Shown here: positions 23,116 to 39,137 of the stretch, in pieces
How the letters are laid out: the number at the start of each line of letters is the position of its first letter
How positions within the stretch are numbered: the first letter of the stretch is position 1
Assembly: GCA_032718475.1 (NCBI GenBank)
Contig: JAUCBJ010005048.1
Location: 1 to 62,622 of the forward strand
Source of the DNA: Nemertoderma westbladi
Lineage: Eukaryota > Animalia > Xenacoelomorpha
Length of the DNA stretch: 62,622 bases
Direction of reading: 5' to 3'
Notes under the pieces: generated by a model
The model's database searches: none
What the model saw: only the letters and a program-made list of their open reading frames with translations
Told to the model about the DNA's origin: nothing
Program-made: the position numbers and the translations under genes

Positions 23116-25370
23116 TTTTATATAGCTATGCTGTTTTCATATAATAAAAAAAATTCATGTTTGCTCAATACTTATATTTTTATTTTATAACTAAAGTATT
23201 TTTCATTACAATAAAACTATAATTATTTATTACATTAGAAAAAAGGTGGAACTTTTTTTTCACTATTCTCAAGGCATTTTATTTACCGAAAGCAGCTGAT
23301 GGAGAAAAGGTTAATAGCGCGGGCAAAAGTTAAAAAAGGTTTAAAAAATTATGTTCTACTGTAGAACAAATATGTTTTGTTCTAGAACATTTAAAAATAA
23401 AAATTTATTAAAAATTAGTTATTATGTGTAATAAATAGTTTATTTATCTATAAACATTAAATATACAAATTATCAGGCTAGCTAGTGATTTTCCAAATTA
23501 GCTAGTATTTTTAAAGAAATTAAAAAAAATTTATTAAAAATTAGTAACTACGTGTAATAAATAGTTTGTTTATCATTTATAAACATTTAAATTTTTTTAA
23601 AACAATTACAAATTATCAGGCTAGCTAGCTGGTGATTTTCCAAGTTAGCTATTATTAAAAAAAAAAAATTTTTTTCAAAATTATACTTTTCTTTTATACT
23701 ATTCTTTGGAAATGTCAATAATATTTGGATCTTTAGAGCACTTTTTGTTTTCGTGACGTGGCATTTTATTTAATGAAAACAGTTAAAGCGAACCTACTAC
23801 ACTGTAAACATTAAAAACATTCTAGAATAATATTATGAAGTATTTAAAGGTAACATATTAACATTTTAAGGTGTATTATTAGGAATTATAAATTTTTAAA
23901 AAAATGTTCTAGAACAAAAAATATTTGTTCTAGAACATTTTTTTTTACAAAACTATAGCTAATATGACATAGAACATTTAAGAAAAAAATGTAGCAAAAA
24001 CTAGCTACTACAAAAAAAATCCCGAGCAGGGGTACACATACTGTAGTAGTGCCGTCATTGATTACTTTGCAGCGTTTCGTCCTATAGGCCCCAACGCTGC
24101 AAAGTAGTTAAACATATTTAAACATATTTTTATAACAAGTTAAACATTGCAGCGTTACGAGTAATTCACCAGAACGCTGTTAAGTTGACATAATGTAACA
24201 AAATATATTACTATTATTACTGAATCAATATTGTTTACAATACTGAATAATTATTACTGGATGAACATGAAATAGAACCAAACTTCATACATCATTCCGA
24301 TGTATCAAGTATGGTTCTATTTCATGTTCATCCATGATTTACCGACTTATTTGCGTTGAAACATTTTAAATGTCGACCACCGACGGTTCACTGATTATAC
24401 AGTTACACAAAGGCTCCTAGACTTCGTGGCTTTGTCTCACATTGTAAACACGGAGCGAAGCGAGCGGATATTTTTTTACAAACCTTTTTATACTTTTATG
24501 ATATAAAATACTGTAGAAGTTAGGAGCCGAGTTGGGCCTTTTTTTAAGGATTACTTTTGGAGTACACATCTACACTCGTTGGTTATTTTCAAATTTGGGG
24601 CCCCCTATCAAGCCGAGGCCCCTAGGCTGCAGCCTAAAATGCGGAGGCGTTGAAGCAGCCCTGTACACATGATAAATTCATAGAAGAGTACTGCAATATA
24701 CAGTAATTTGTTCTATAGAGTTTGTGAAACGATAAATTAATAGCAAGAATTTATGAATTCTTAAGATAAGAAAACCGTGATCGATTAAGTATGTGCGAAC
24801 TCCATGGGAACACGCGAATAATCTAGAGAATGCTAGAATGAATGATGATGGAAATAAATGACGTAGAGTTCCTGCAAACATATGGCTAATGAGTCATATT
24901 CTACTAATGTAATAATTCCATGAAAATTCATGACGTTGGCGTCATTCATTGGTTAATAAAGTAAAGTAAATTAATCCATACTAGTAAGTTCAAAGTCTGG
25001 CCAGTAGTAACTCTATAAAGTAGCCGACCTCAAATTGCTGCCAACATTATGACATATTTATCTTTTATGGTGCTATCTGCTATCATTTGTCAGACTGTGC
25101 TTTATGTGCAGTATAGTGTTCAGTTCATAACAGCAACAGGCATATAGGCTACCGCTAACATGTATTACATATTTTTATTGAATATTTTATTATTTACTGT
25201 TTTTGACTCCATTTAGCTGTTTAGACCTTAGTATTACAGCTGCAGGAACGCGTACGCAGTACGAGCGCGAGGTACATACATATTGTACATGTACAACTAC
25301 CCAATCCCAACCAGTAAAGCAAATAAAAAATAAAACAAAGCCGACTGGTCGTGGTGTGGTTGCTTTGCTA

Positions 25371-26307
25371 CCAGGTTGGAATTCATGCTGCAAAACTCGG
25401 ACGCGTACCTGCGCGAATGACCGCAAACCAGATGCGCGTTGCGCGTTTGGGTTTGACAGGTGCGCGTTCGGGTGTGAGACAGATGCGCGTTGCGCGTTCG
25501 GGTGTGAGACAGGTGCGCGTTGCGCCTCAGCGCGCAGCTCTGCCTCTGATGCGCACCACAAATTAATTGAAATCACGAAAATACACAAAAAAATTTCGCT
25601 CGCTGCGCTCGCATTAGTTTCTCATTTCCAATTCTTCAAACAGTCAAATCACTTCACCATAATACTGTAATACCGGCAACCGGAGCTGAATTTGTCTATT
25701 TATTTTAACTACAGTACTCTATTGTTGTATTGTTATTAGGTCTATGCTATGCCGATGTTACGTTAGTAAACAGGTAAAGTCAGAAAGTAACAATGTATTA
25801 TAAGTATGACTTAATTATAAGCCAACTGTATGTTTAAGCCTAATTGTTAGGTAGGCCTATTGCCTATACAAAGTATTATTGGCAGACTGGTACCTATTTC
25901 AATATTCGTTTTTTTGAAATTACCGGTACATGTTTTGTTTGTAATCTAAAATAATATTTTCTGTTATAAAAGCAGTGAGCCCGATGGGCCACCATAGTAG
26001 TGGATTAAAAAAATATTTTTTAATATTAACAATTTTGATGTTGCAAAAATTACATTTATTATGTAAGCCTAGATTCAACGTACAGATAGACAGACGTAAA
26101 GAAGCTTAAAACGCTCAAACTTGTAAAATAGGAATGTAAAATTGTTCTTATGAACTGTGCGATTTTTTGAGATATGCATGACATGAGCTGCGCGATTTTG
26201 TTTGGATTATGACATATGATGAGGTGCGCGACGAGCCAATTTCAGGTGCGCGGTGATTTCAAAACAACAAAGCGTACCTGCGCGCTCATGCATGAATTCC
26301 AACCTGG
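25371..26307. mobile_element. hAT-like MITE
   Basis: 18-bp TIR ccaggttggaattcatgc / gcatgaattccaacctgg; 8-bp TSD CTTTGCTA (25363-25370, 26308-26315); subterminal gcgcg-rich repeats. Confidence 0.88.
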
Positions 26308-27197
26308 CTTTGCTATAGGTTAGAATATTACCGGTGCCGTACGCGCACAGTTCTGCAGTTCTCTACTAAACCCAGTGAACTTGTTTGCACTGGCAATATA
26401 AGTCAACCTGATTCATTGATTGATGTAAGGTGTCCTGTCCATATCCCTAAATTTCGTATATTGTTTTGGTTAGAATAAAAAAATAATAATTGATGATTAT
26501 ATTTTTTAATTCCCCGTGTCAAGATATCACTCGTAACGCTGCCAGCTGCCAGCCTTGCGGCCTGACGGAACGATGCAAAGTAATCAATTACATGGCAACA
26601 ACTCTTTAATTAGATTTAAATGTATAATTAATACTGCAGTACTGTCAGACTGTGTACCTGTTAATAAATTTCACTAGCTTATTCGATATAGTACAGTAGT
26701 ACTGTAGTAGGCCTACATGAATAAAATGTTTAAATGAGCATCCATAAAATCCTTTATATTTTATATAAAAATGGGAGGGCCTATACCTGTCAGCCTGTTA
26801 ACCTGTTCAGCTGTTGCCTGTATACAGCTGTACAGCGCAAGCGCAATACTGAGAGTGAGAGCCGACCCGGTACAGGCTGACAGCACAAACAACTGAACAA
26901 CTCACTGACTCAGCAACCGCTAGCTAGGCCTACTTCCAGAATAAACCGGCTGACCGGTAGCAGGTACCGGTCAGCCGGTAGGCCTACTCTGCCAGTCTGC
27001 TGTACTGTACCGCAGTACCGGTCAGCCGAAACTGTAATTTACCGGTACAGGTACTTCATACTTACTGACTTAGGCCTATTCATATCCGGCTGTCCTGTCC
27101 ATATCGTACAGACGTATATTCTGATTTAGTTAATTTGATATTAGACTGCACTGCTGCAGGCTGGCAGAAATGTAAGAGTTAGAACCCCCCCCCACCC

Positions 27198-27978
27198 CCA
27201 GACTGGAATCTCTATGTTCAGCACGCCGGAGGTGCGCCGGGCGTAAAATAATTTGCGCCAACCGACACTAAATTTACACCTACCACAAAAATATGTCCCT
27301 AGCACATATAAAATGTGCGCCAACAAAGAAAGTTTAAAAACTAATATTAATTACCTTATATCGTATTGAATTGAATTGAATTGAGTCTACGCTTTATAGT
27401 AAATAAGATATTTAGTAGATATACCAGTATACAAGATTACAAGAATACAAATTGTACACTTCAACAATAACAAAGTGAGAAACAACAGTTTGCTGTAAGA
27501 GTTTTAACAAATTACTATAAAAATACCAACAATAACCAGTCAGCCAGTATACATACTATACAAGGATACAAATTGCAACAAATTACAGTACACTGTACGT
27601 ACACTTCAACAATAACAAAGTGAGAAATAACAGTTGTAAGAGTTTTAACAAATTACTAGAAAAATACCAACAATAATAACATGGTAACTGGTTGAGTTTG
27701 AGTTAAATTGAGTTAATCTGATAGGGGCCTACATAGCTAGGTAGGTATGGACACTTCCCAGATTGAGAGCCTAGTTGATGGTCAACAACCTTACTAATTT
27801 CTACGCCAGCACTTGCTGACTTGCTTATATGCCTCGGCTGCGCCGAGGCATTAGTTTCTGCGCCGGCGCTTGCTTCTGTGCGCCGGCGCTTGCTTCTGTG
27901 CGCCGGCGCTTGCTTCTGTGCGCCGGCGCTTGCTTCTGTGCGCCGGAGCCCTGAAAGTGCCGAGAGATTCCAGTCTGG
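27198..27978. mobile_element. hAT-like MITE
   Basis: 16-bp TIR ccagactggaatctct / agagattccagtctgg; 8-bp TSD CCCCACCC; internal 21-bp GC-rich minisatellite (27860-27946) and an internal direct repeat. Confidence 0.85.
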
Positions 27979-29660
27979 CCCCACCCCCGAGTAGAAACGG
28001 CTTTGTGGTGGGGTTTGCTGTCCTGTTTAGGTCTACACAGGTGTAAGGCATACAGGCATAGAGTCTAATGCTGTAATGGTGTGGTGGATGTATATGTATG
28101 ATGTACGGGTAGGCAGGCAGGCAGGCATGGTCTGGTCATGGCATATCTGTCTTGCTATCATTTATAGGGCAATTCCACGTGACACTATGCAGTACCTGAC
28201 AGCCTGACTACAGGACAATGTGACGTTTTCAGCGCCATTGATTTAATGATTTCAACCAAAATATTAAAAGAAAAATTGTAATTTTTTCAGGGTGGGGGTC
28301 GATTCACCCCTCGACCTTTTCGCCCCAAATCGATTTGCCTCACATTTTAGGGGGATATGGACCTGGGGCAGATGATATTATTGACTAGCTGACTAGTATT
28401 CTTTTTAGGTACAATATATTAGAAAGTGCAGAAGTACCAGATGATGAGATGACTCAGTTTGTTTCACATGTAATTCATTATCTATGCTTCTAGGTCCCGC
28501 GGGTTCGAACCCTTGCCGAGCCACAAGAGTTGCCTATGAGAGTTGTCACTGTTGCATGTGAGTCATGTGATTCAATATATTGAAGCTTAAAAGAAAAGTA
28601 GACAGAAACAGCATTTGGATTTGCTTGATTTACCTTATCAATTTGTTTCACATTATAAGATCTTGAGGAGAAAATTTTACGTGTAATCGAGGTTCAACAG
28701 TGCTTGTAACAAGATTTCTACTGTAATTTATTGCAATAGATTGAAAATCTAAAAAATATGAAAAATAAATTAACTAAAAAATAATATTTTATTAGATTGA
28801 AGGTCTAAAAGATATTACATGTAGACGTAATCGAGGGTAGTGTTTGTATCAAGATTTCAATTTCTGAATATTACACTTTCTAATATCATTGTACCTAAAA
28901 AGCCATTCATTCAAAGGATAGGCTAAATTATCTTCTCAGTTTAGAACTTCAGAACTTTTTTTATTGTAGTTTATTCAACTTTCGCTAAAAAATTTCCGCT
29001 TGATCAAGTGGTGTGACGTGTGACACTACTGGACACAAAATGCTCCAGCTGAAAAATTGAAAAAAGTAATCTTATTATATAGGCCTATAATATATATATA
29101 TATATTTCTGCTCTATTTGAAGGTGTGGCCAGTCAAAAATTTACCAGTGGATCAAGCATAGGTTAAATGTTTTCATGGCACAATTTTTTTTAAAAAAATC
29201 AACACAAATTTATGTAGTTGTACCGGTACAAATAATGTGTGACACTACAGGACGTGATCCTACAGGACGTTTTTCCCATGCTCATTTGAATCATGCTCAT
29301 TCCAATTTACAAATTGGAATTTAGTAGGCCTATTTAATAATTTAATTTAATAATTTCCAAAGTAGTAGGCCTATTGAAGATATTACTGTATTATATAACG
29401 TGATGTGAGATGTGACTAGGACTACAGCAATGTCATAACACAACAATGTCACATAACAGTCTGACAGGGGCGACATCCGACCCATTACATATTAAAATGA
29501 TGTAGGCTGGTAGTACCACCACACTGTACTGTACAGTAGGCCTACTGTATGTAAATAAAATATATTGGCTTACTACTGTACTACTACCAGGATAAATGTG
29601 TTGAGATCCCTCTCTCTAATGTTGTGAGGTTGTGACATTACAGGACACAGTCTGATAGTC

Positions 29661-30280
29661 AAATAGTGACACTACAGGACAAAAATAATGCACAATATAT
29701 CAAGACCCAGGTGACTTTACATTGATTTTCTTTTACTGTTTCGTAGAGTTTCATTCAAGGGAGGAGCTCAGCCAGTCAGCTGATTTGGTGAAACTTCACC
29801 AATTTCAGAATTTTTGACCAATTGAGATTAAAAATTGGAGATAAATGTGACACTACAGGACACAGTTAAATAGTGACACTACAGGCTGACACATAAATAA
29901 TGCACAATATATCAAGACCCAGGTGACTTTACATTCATTTTCTTTTACTGTTTCGTAGAGTTTCATTCAAGGGAGGAGCTCAGCCAGTCAGCTGATTTGG
30001 TGAAACTTCACCAATTTCAGAATTTTTGACCAATTGAGATTAAAAATTGGAGATAAATGTGACACTACAGGACACAGTTAAATAGTGACACTACAGGCTG
30101 ACACATAAATAATGCACAATATATCAAGACCCAGGTGACTTTACATTCATTTTCTTTTACTGTTTCGTAGAGTTTCATTCAAGGGAGGAGCTCAGCTGAT
30201 TTCGTGACACTACACCAATTTTTGACCAATTGAGATTATAAATTGTAGATAAATGTGACACTATACAGCTATAGGACATG
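29661..30280. repeat. about 210-bp tandem repeat, 3 copies
   Basis: Units start at 29661, 29868 and 30080; the gtgacactacaggac motif also recurs across 28170-29660. Confidence 0.9.
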
Positions 30281-30857
30281 ATTTAAAAAACAGTAGTAAA
30301 TGGAAAACAGCAAATATTGGCAGTCAATTTAAGCTCGTTTTAAAGCATGTAGATAATCCAATATATACATATAAAAACATACAAAATATGTGCACTTCAA
30401 CATATTGACAATACAATACAAAAAAACAGAAATCAATACCTTGAAGGTCTAACACTCACAAAGGACTATAAACAAACGACGAAATGTGAGGTTTTCTCCC
30501 ATAGGCCTAAGCCTAACGGATAGCACCCCTGCGGCAGACTGCAATAAAACCCAATAAAGCCTATTAAAACCTAATTGCCATCCCTGAGAGTACCCCACCT
30601 CTAAATTTACAATAAAACCGCTCATACAAATTACCGTAATTCAGTTTGTGTGCTAATAGTGGTTTTTTATATTTGTTGTTGCTGGTGCTCTTAGGGAACT
30701 GTTAAGTTCTTATCTGAGTCTAATAATAAGAACAGACCAGTTTCTAAAAATGCTGTTTGACCAGAAATTGCTTCATAACTTTCAAATTTTGGAATGAAAC
30801 TACTGAACTACTCGCACTATCTACATCTACAATCTAACAACGATCTGCACTTACATA

Positions 30858-31800
30858 GACCATGTCCCAGAATATAGTGTCGTAATTCAGTGACACGCCC
30901 CCCCCCCCCCCCCAAAAAAAAAAATTTTCTACAAATCTTAATGCTGTAATGAGATTGCATGAAATTTGAAACAGAGATGGTTTCACCTCCCAACCACTGA
31001 CTGGGTGAGCCAGAATTTTTATTTTTGCTTTCAATCTTTAGCTACAAGCGTTTAAAAAAAGTGTCTCCAGCGATATTACATCAGTTACACTGCAGTTATT
31101 CTTCTACCTTATAGCTGTTTCATTGTACCAATGGAAAGCTGGTCATTCAAGGATTCTAAATATGTAACACTTAACACAATTTGAATTTCGTTGAAAAATA
31201 GCTGAGATATGAGCGTTCAAATGTTGCATGGTTATGCACCTGTGCGAGGCAATTTTATTCTGTTTAATAAATGCATCATAATCTGGAATATTTTGTTTAT
31301 CCAAATACGTAGCTGGGCAACAATGCATTACATCTTTAATCATACTTATTACGTAGCTATTCATACATTTAAAAAATGTTTCAGAATATGGTTTATTTAT
31401 TAAATAGAATAAAATAGCCTCGCGCAGGTGCATGACCATGCAACATTTGAACGCTCATATTTTTTTTTTTTTCTATTTTTCAACGAAATTCAAATTGTGT
31501 TAGATATTTAGAATCCTTGCATGGCCAGCTTTCCATTGGTACCATCAAACAGCTATAAGGTAGAAGAATAACTGCGGTGTAACTGGTGTAATATCACTGG
31601 AGACACTTTTTTTAAACGCTTGTAGCTAAAGATTGAAAGCAAAAATAAAAATTCTGGCTCACCCATTCAGTGGTCGGGAGGTGAAACTATCTCTGTTTCA
31701 AATTTCATGCAATCTGATTAAGATTTGTAGAAAAATTAGGGGAGGGGGGGGGGGGGGGGGGGCGTCACTGAATTACGACACTATATTCTGGGACATGGTG
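30858..31800. mobile_element. foldback MITE, Tc1/mariner-like (TA TSD)
   Basis: About 430-bp inverted arms (accatgtcccagaatatagtgtcg... / ...cgacactatattctgggacatggt) flanked by TA on both sides. Confidence 0.88.
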
Positions 31801-32001
31801 TAGTTGCGTAGGCCTTTCACCTATCCTTATTGCTTATTATATACAAAATACATTACAGAAGCCCATTTACAGTGTTAGTTCAGATTCAGTTTATACCAAT
31901 ATTTTATACCAATATATATATATATATATACTGATATATAGTGAGGGGTTAACCTTACACCTTCAAAATTGACGAATATATATATTGATACCTTGATATA
32001 A

Positions 32002-33837
<1,836 letters not shown>

Positions 33838-34581
33838 ATGGATTTTCTCCTCTCAATCTATAAACCTAACTTTCATATACTCCACTCTGTACTCAGTTAC
33901 TGACTTCCTGTTATTCATTTAGGGCGTATATCAATATCAATATAAATGATAGATGTTGTTAATGTTTACTTGGTAGCATCTTTAATTGCATTTTAGTTAT
34001 AGTATTGTGTAGTAAAACATGCGTGGCCTGAATCCAAACAATGTATAGGCGGGTCTTTTGTTCTGACTTGCTTACAGTGTTCGTGATCATACCATTATGC
34101 GAGTACGGTTCTGAACCAACCACAGACAGTATACCGGTAGCGGTAGTGATTATTTCAAGGCCTCCTGTTTTATCTGCTTCCAAACTGATTTATTTGTATT
34201 TTCATAGTGTTATTTGATTTGTAACTTTTCAAACTGTGAATAATTTTTCTGCATGTATTTGGTAACTTCTTTTAATCTATTATTTCTTCTTCAGTAATGT
34301 AAACTATCCCTTCATTCATGTGTAATAAGTAAACATAAATTCTATATAATTTAACTTGCATATTTTATAAACCTTTGTCACGAAAATACCTTTACTTTAC
34401 CTGAACGTGGGTCATGCTATCTCAGTTCGAATTTATCATATTCGGTAGAACACTCTAGAACACTCTACTTTCGCGGAGGCAAAAATGTCGTATCTTCTTT
34501 CGAACGTCCATGTCTCGATGCGGTCCTACTAAAAACCGCAATTTACCGCAATTTACCGCAACTAGTTGTTATTTTCAAGTA

Positions 34582-34652
34582 GCTGCATGGTCTATAGTGG
34601 CGAAATTCCTGGGCATCCAATTAGGAGGCCCCTGTTCGATCCCTTGCTGCCT
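34582..34652 (+). other. degenerate tRNA-like sequence or tRNA-derived SINE head
   Basis: A-box-like tggtctatagtgg and B-box gttcgatcc at tRNA spacing; cloverleaf stems are imperfect. Confidence 0.4.
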
Positions 34653-34892
34653 TGACCGTGTAGAACTGTTTTCTGTCAGTGCTGTGTATTAATCCTACGA
34701 ATTACCCCAAACCAAAATACCCCGAAATATTTGTCACTCACGCTTATTGTTTTGGTTAGAAAACCTTGCCACTGTAACCTGCTCCTTTCCGTCGCCGTTT
34801 TTAAACATTGTTGGCTTATTTTTGGGTACCGGTAATAGTTTAGCCTTTTTGTGGTATTTTGTGACTATTTTGGGGTAGGCCTAATTCGTAGG

Positions 34893-35052
34893 ACCTGCTG
34901 ATCTAAATAATCGGACCTTGAGGATCTGTTTTATTCTATGGGACTTCGAAATTCTGGACAGAATATTCAATGCTGCCCCATGCTTTCCCCTTACGTAACA
35001 GAAGGTCTTCATTAACCTTACAGTAGTTTCGGATTCGGATCCAGGATCCCAA
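34893..35052 (-). mobile_element. short diverged RTE fragment
   Basis: Similar to 5880-6025 (ctaaataatcggacctt, gctgcccatgc..tcccttacgta, cggatcca.gatccca). Confidence 0.7.
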
Positions 35053-35374
35053 GTTGTAGAAGTTATCCATAAGACTTGGTTAGGTAGGATTAGCGATGAA
35101 CAAACAGCAATCACTAGTCGTCCCATACAATTACGAACGACAGTATGAAGATAGTTAATGGTCAGCTTCTTTGCAAAAATATATATTTGGCATTAATCAA
35201 AATAATTACATAGCGCGGGGAGATGATGGTCTACGCTTTTGTCTACCTCCACTGGTTATCACGTGCGCTTCATGTACAAGCTATCTCTAGTCCAAGCTGT
35301 GTTCTTCATTTTGAAAATTATCTCTAGACTGGGACGTGAGCTAATATGTACATTGTGCAAAGCGATATCAGTAT

Positions 35375-37892
35375 CCTTCATGTACAAAGCTATCTCTATA
35401 CCAACCAGTATACTTCATGTACAAAGCTATCTCTAGACCGAGTTGTGTCCTTCATGTACAAAGCTATCTCTAGACCGAGTAGTGTCCTTCATGTACAAAG
35501 ATATCTCTAGACCGAGAAGTGTTCTTCATGTACAAAGCTATATCTAGACCGAGAAGTGTCCTTCATGTACAAAGCTATCTCTATACCAACCAGTATACCT
35601 CATGTACAAAGCTATCTCTAGACCGAGTAGTGTCCTTCATGTACAAAGATATCTCTCGACCGAGAAGTGTTCTTCATGTACAAAGCTATATCTAGACCGA
35701 GCAGTGTCCTTCATGTACAAAGCTATATCTAGACCGAGCAGTGTCCTTCATGTACAAAGCTATCTCTAGACCGAGAAGTGTTCTTCATGTACAAAGCTAT
35801 ATCTAGACCGAACAGTGTCCTTCATGTACAAAGCTATTATCTAGACCGAGCAGTATCCGTCATGTACAAAGCTATATCTAGACCGAGCAATGTCGTCCAT
35901 GTAGTCTACAAAGCTATCTCTAGACCGAGCAGTGTCGTCCATGTAGTCTACAAAGCTATCTCTAGACCGAGCAGTGTCGTTCATGTACAAAGCTATATCT
36001 AGACCGAGCAGTGTCGTTCATGTACAAAGCTATATCTAGACCGAGCAGTGTCCTTCATGTACAAAGCTATATCTAGACCGAGCAGTGTCCTTTATGTACA
36101 AAGCTATCTCTAGACCGAGCAGTGTCGTTCATGTACAAAGCTATATCTAGACCGAGCAGTGTCGTTCATGTACAAAGCGATATATCTAGACCGAGCAGTG
36201 TGCTTCATGTACAAAGCGATATCTAGACCGAGCAGTGTCTTTCATGTACAAAGCGATATCTAGACCGAGCAGTGTGCTTCATGTACAAAGCGATATCTAG
36301 ACCGAGCAGTGTCTTTCTTGTACAAAGCGATATCTAGACCGAGCAGTGTCTTTCTTGTACAAAGCTATCTCTAGACCGAGCAGTGTGCTTCATGTACAAA
36401 GCGATATCTAGACCGAGCAGTGTCTTTCTTGTACAAAGCGATATCTAGACCGAGCAGTGTCTTTCTTGTACAAAGCTATCTCTAGACCGAGCAGTGTCCT
36501 TCATGTACAAAGCTATCTCTAGACCGAGTAGTGTCCTTCATGTACAAAGATATCTCTAGACCGAGAAGTGTTCTTCATGTACAAAGCTATATCTAGACCG
36601 AACAGTGTCCTTCATGTACAAAGCTATTATCTAGACCGAGTAGTATCCGTCATGTACAAAGCTATATCTAGACCGAGCAGTGTCGTCCATGTAGTCTACA
36701 AAGCTATCTCTAGACCGAGCAGTGTCGTCCATGTAGTCTACAAAGCTATCTCTAGACCGAGCAGTGTCGTTCATGTACAAAGCTATATCTAGACCGAGCA
36801 GTGTCGTTCATGTACAAAGCTATATCTAGACCGAGCAGTGTCCTTCATCTACAAAGCTATATCTAGACCGAGCAGTGTCCTTTATGTACAAAGCTATCTC
36901 TAGACCGAGTAGTGTCCTTCATGTACAAAGCGATATCTAGACCGAGCAGTGTCGTTCATGTACAAAGCGATATCTAGACCGAGCAGTGTGCTTCATGTAC
37001 AAAGCGATATCTAGACCGAGCAGTGTCTTTCATGTACAAAGCGATATCTAGACCGAGCAGTGTGCTTAATGTACAAAGCGATATCTAGACCGAGCAGTGT
37101 CTTTCTTGTACAAAGCGATATCTAGACCGAGCAGTGTCTTTCTTGTACAAAGCTATCTCTAGACCGAGCAGTGTCCTTCATGTACAAAGCGATATCTAGA
37201 CCGAGCAGTGTCTTTCTTGTACAAAGCGATATCTAGACCGAGCAGTGTCTTTCTTGTACAAAGCGATATCTAGACCGAGCAGTGTGCTTCATGTACAAAG
37301 CGATATCTAGACCGAGCAGTGTGCTTCATGTACAAAGCGATATCTAGACCGAGCAGTGTCTTTCTTGTACAAAGCGATATCTAGACCGAGCAGTGTGCTT
37401 CATGTACAAAGCGATATCTATACCGAGCAGTGTCTTTCATGTACAAAGCGATATCTAGACCGAGCAGTGTCTTTCATGTACAAAGCGATATCTAGACCGA
37501 GCAGTGTGCTTCAAGTACAAAGCGATATCTAGACCGAGCAGTGTGCTTCATGTACAAAGCGATATCTAGACCGAGCAGTGTCTTTCTTGTACAAAGCGAT
37601 ATCTAGACCGAGCAGTGTCTTTCTTGTACAAAGCTTTCTCTAGATCGAGCAGTGTCTTTCATGTACAAAGCTATCTCTAGACCGAGCAGTGTTCTTCATG
37701 CACAAAGCTATGTCTAGACCGAGCAGTGTCCTTCATGTACAAAGCGATATCTAGTCTGAGCAGTGTCCTTTATGTACAAAGCTATATCTAGACCGAGCAG
37801 TGACTTTCATGTACAAAGCTATCTCTAGACCGAGCAGTGTTCTTCATGCACAAAGCTATGTCTAGACTGAGCAGTGTCCTTCATGTACAAAG
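35375..37892. repeat. 37-bp satellite (atgtacaaagctatctctagaccgagcagtgtccttc), left part
   Basis: Tandem units; higher-order duplication at offset 790 (35778 vs 36568); interrupted by element B. Confidence 0.96.
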
Positions 37893-39022
37893 TGTTCGCG
37901 CTTTTAAGACCTTTGGCAGTTTAACCCGCCAAATCTATATGTCTTCTAGGTTATAAATCGAATTTAGCCTATGACAAGTATTTGACACAAATAAATCCAA
38001 CATTAGCCGAAGCCAGTCTATGCGCGACCATTCACCCGCTGGATATACCCGGGAGACTGGATTCGGATGCTTTAATTTGATTGCGGTGCAGGCCTACCGT
38101 ACTATTCGATTTGATCGTTAATATATAATCTCTGACAAATATCATTCACTTTCGGGAAATATTAGCAGTTCCTTTAGGACGTGGCGCTCTATCTATATAA
38201 ACAGAGCTATGGCTTACACTAAACACAACGGAATGGATTATAAGTTACACATAAGGCGCATTCTTTAGGAGATGCTTTGTTACGCGGACAAGCACATACA
38301 GACCATTGCACACCGCTGCACACTGAATTGCCGATAGTCACTGATTTCAATCATATATAAAGAGAATAGCAACCGACATTTGTAGGGCCTATAAAATAGC
38401 ATTCAATTCACTACAAACCACGATAATATAAGTCGCAATTGCTATATGTAACCGGTCTCTCTAACCTTAGTGTATCAAGAAGATCGGGGTTTCTGATCGT
38501 TTATCGTTATTCTCCAAATAACAATATGTAAACAACTGATACAATTAATAACAAACAGTAAATAGCAGTAAATAATGTGCAATACGTACCGGTAACAGTT
38601 ATGTGTTCTTATAATTAAAGCCGTTCTAATGCTGGAATAATTCCATAGCCGATGTTCATGGCATCAGGAAAACCAACACACTGAACCCTGTGCGCTGTTG
38701 CAGGTAGCTTTCAACACAAAGAGGAAAAGCTCTCATTGGCAGAGCTCCATATTCCACAGATTCCACGAATGTCTAAATGCCGAACTATTCGGGTTTTTGC
38801 AGCCCTTAGCCAACACACAGGATGAATCACTCTGCTTGGTTGACCTTGCTCTGGTTGGTTGATCGAACAGAACAAAGAGGCCATACGTACAGCAAATCAG
38901 CCAATCAGCCGGTAGCTTGCACCATTTGAGTTAGGGAGTTTTTCTTTAGAGTATTTGAGCGCATTAAGGGAAACTGGATTGCGAAGCAAAAGGGCCAGTT
39001 ATATCCCACAAAAGCTTTTACA
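37893..39022 (-). repeat. 3' LTR of element B (1130 bp)
   Basis: TGT...ACA ends; direct repeat of 49241-50364. Confidence 0.95.
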
Positions 39023-39137
39023 CCGCTCCCAGAAAATGGGATTTAATTCTATAAAATATAAAAAATCACAGTTTCTAAAATATAAAAATACTCTAAACAG
39101 TTAGTCTTTCTTGCGTGGACGGCGTTTACGCAGTTTT

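Noticed and set aside
23350-23980. TTCTAGAA clusters as heat-shock elements
   Set aside because: They belong to an AT-rich inverted and direct repeat remnant about 8 kb from the polyubiquitin, with no promoter context.
23034-24051. CACTA element
   Set aside because: The CACTAC at 23034 lies inside Penelope RT coding sequence; the TIR match is poor and there is no TSD.
28495-28520. tRNA gene (ggttcgaaccc B-box)
   Set aside because: No A-box or cloverleaf; at most a SINE remnant.
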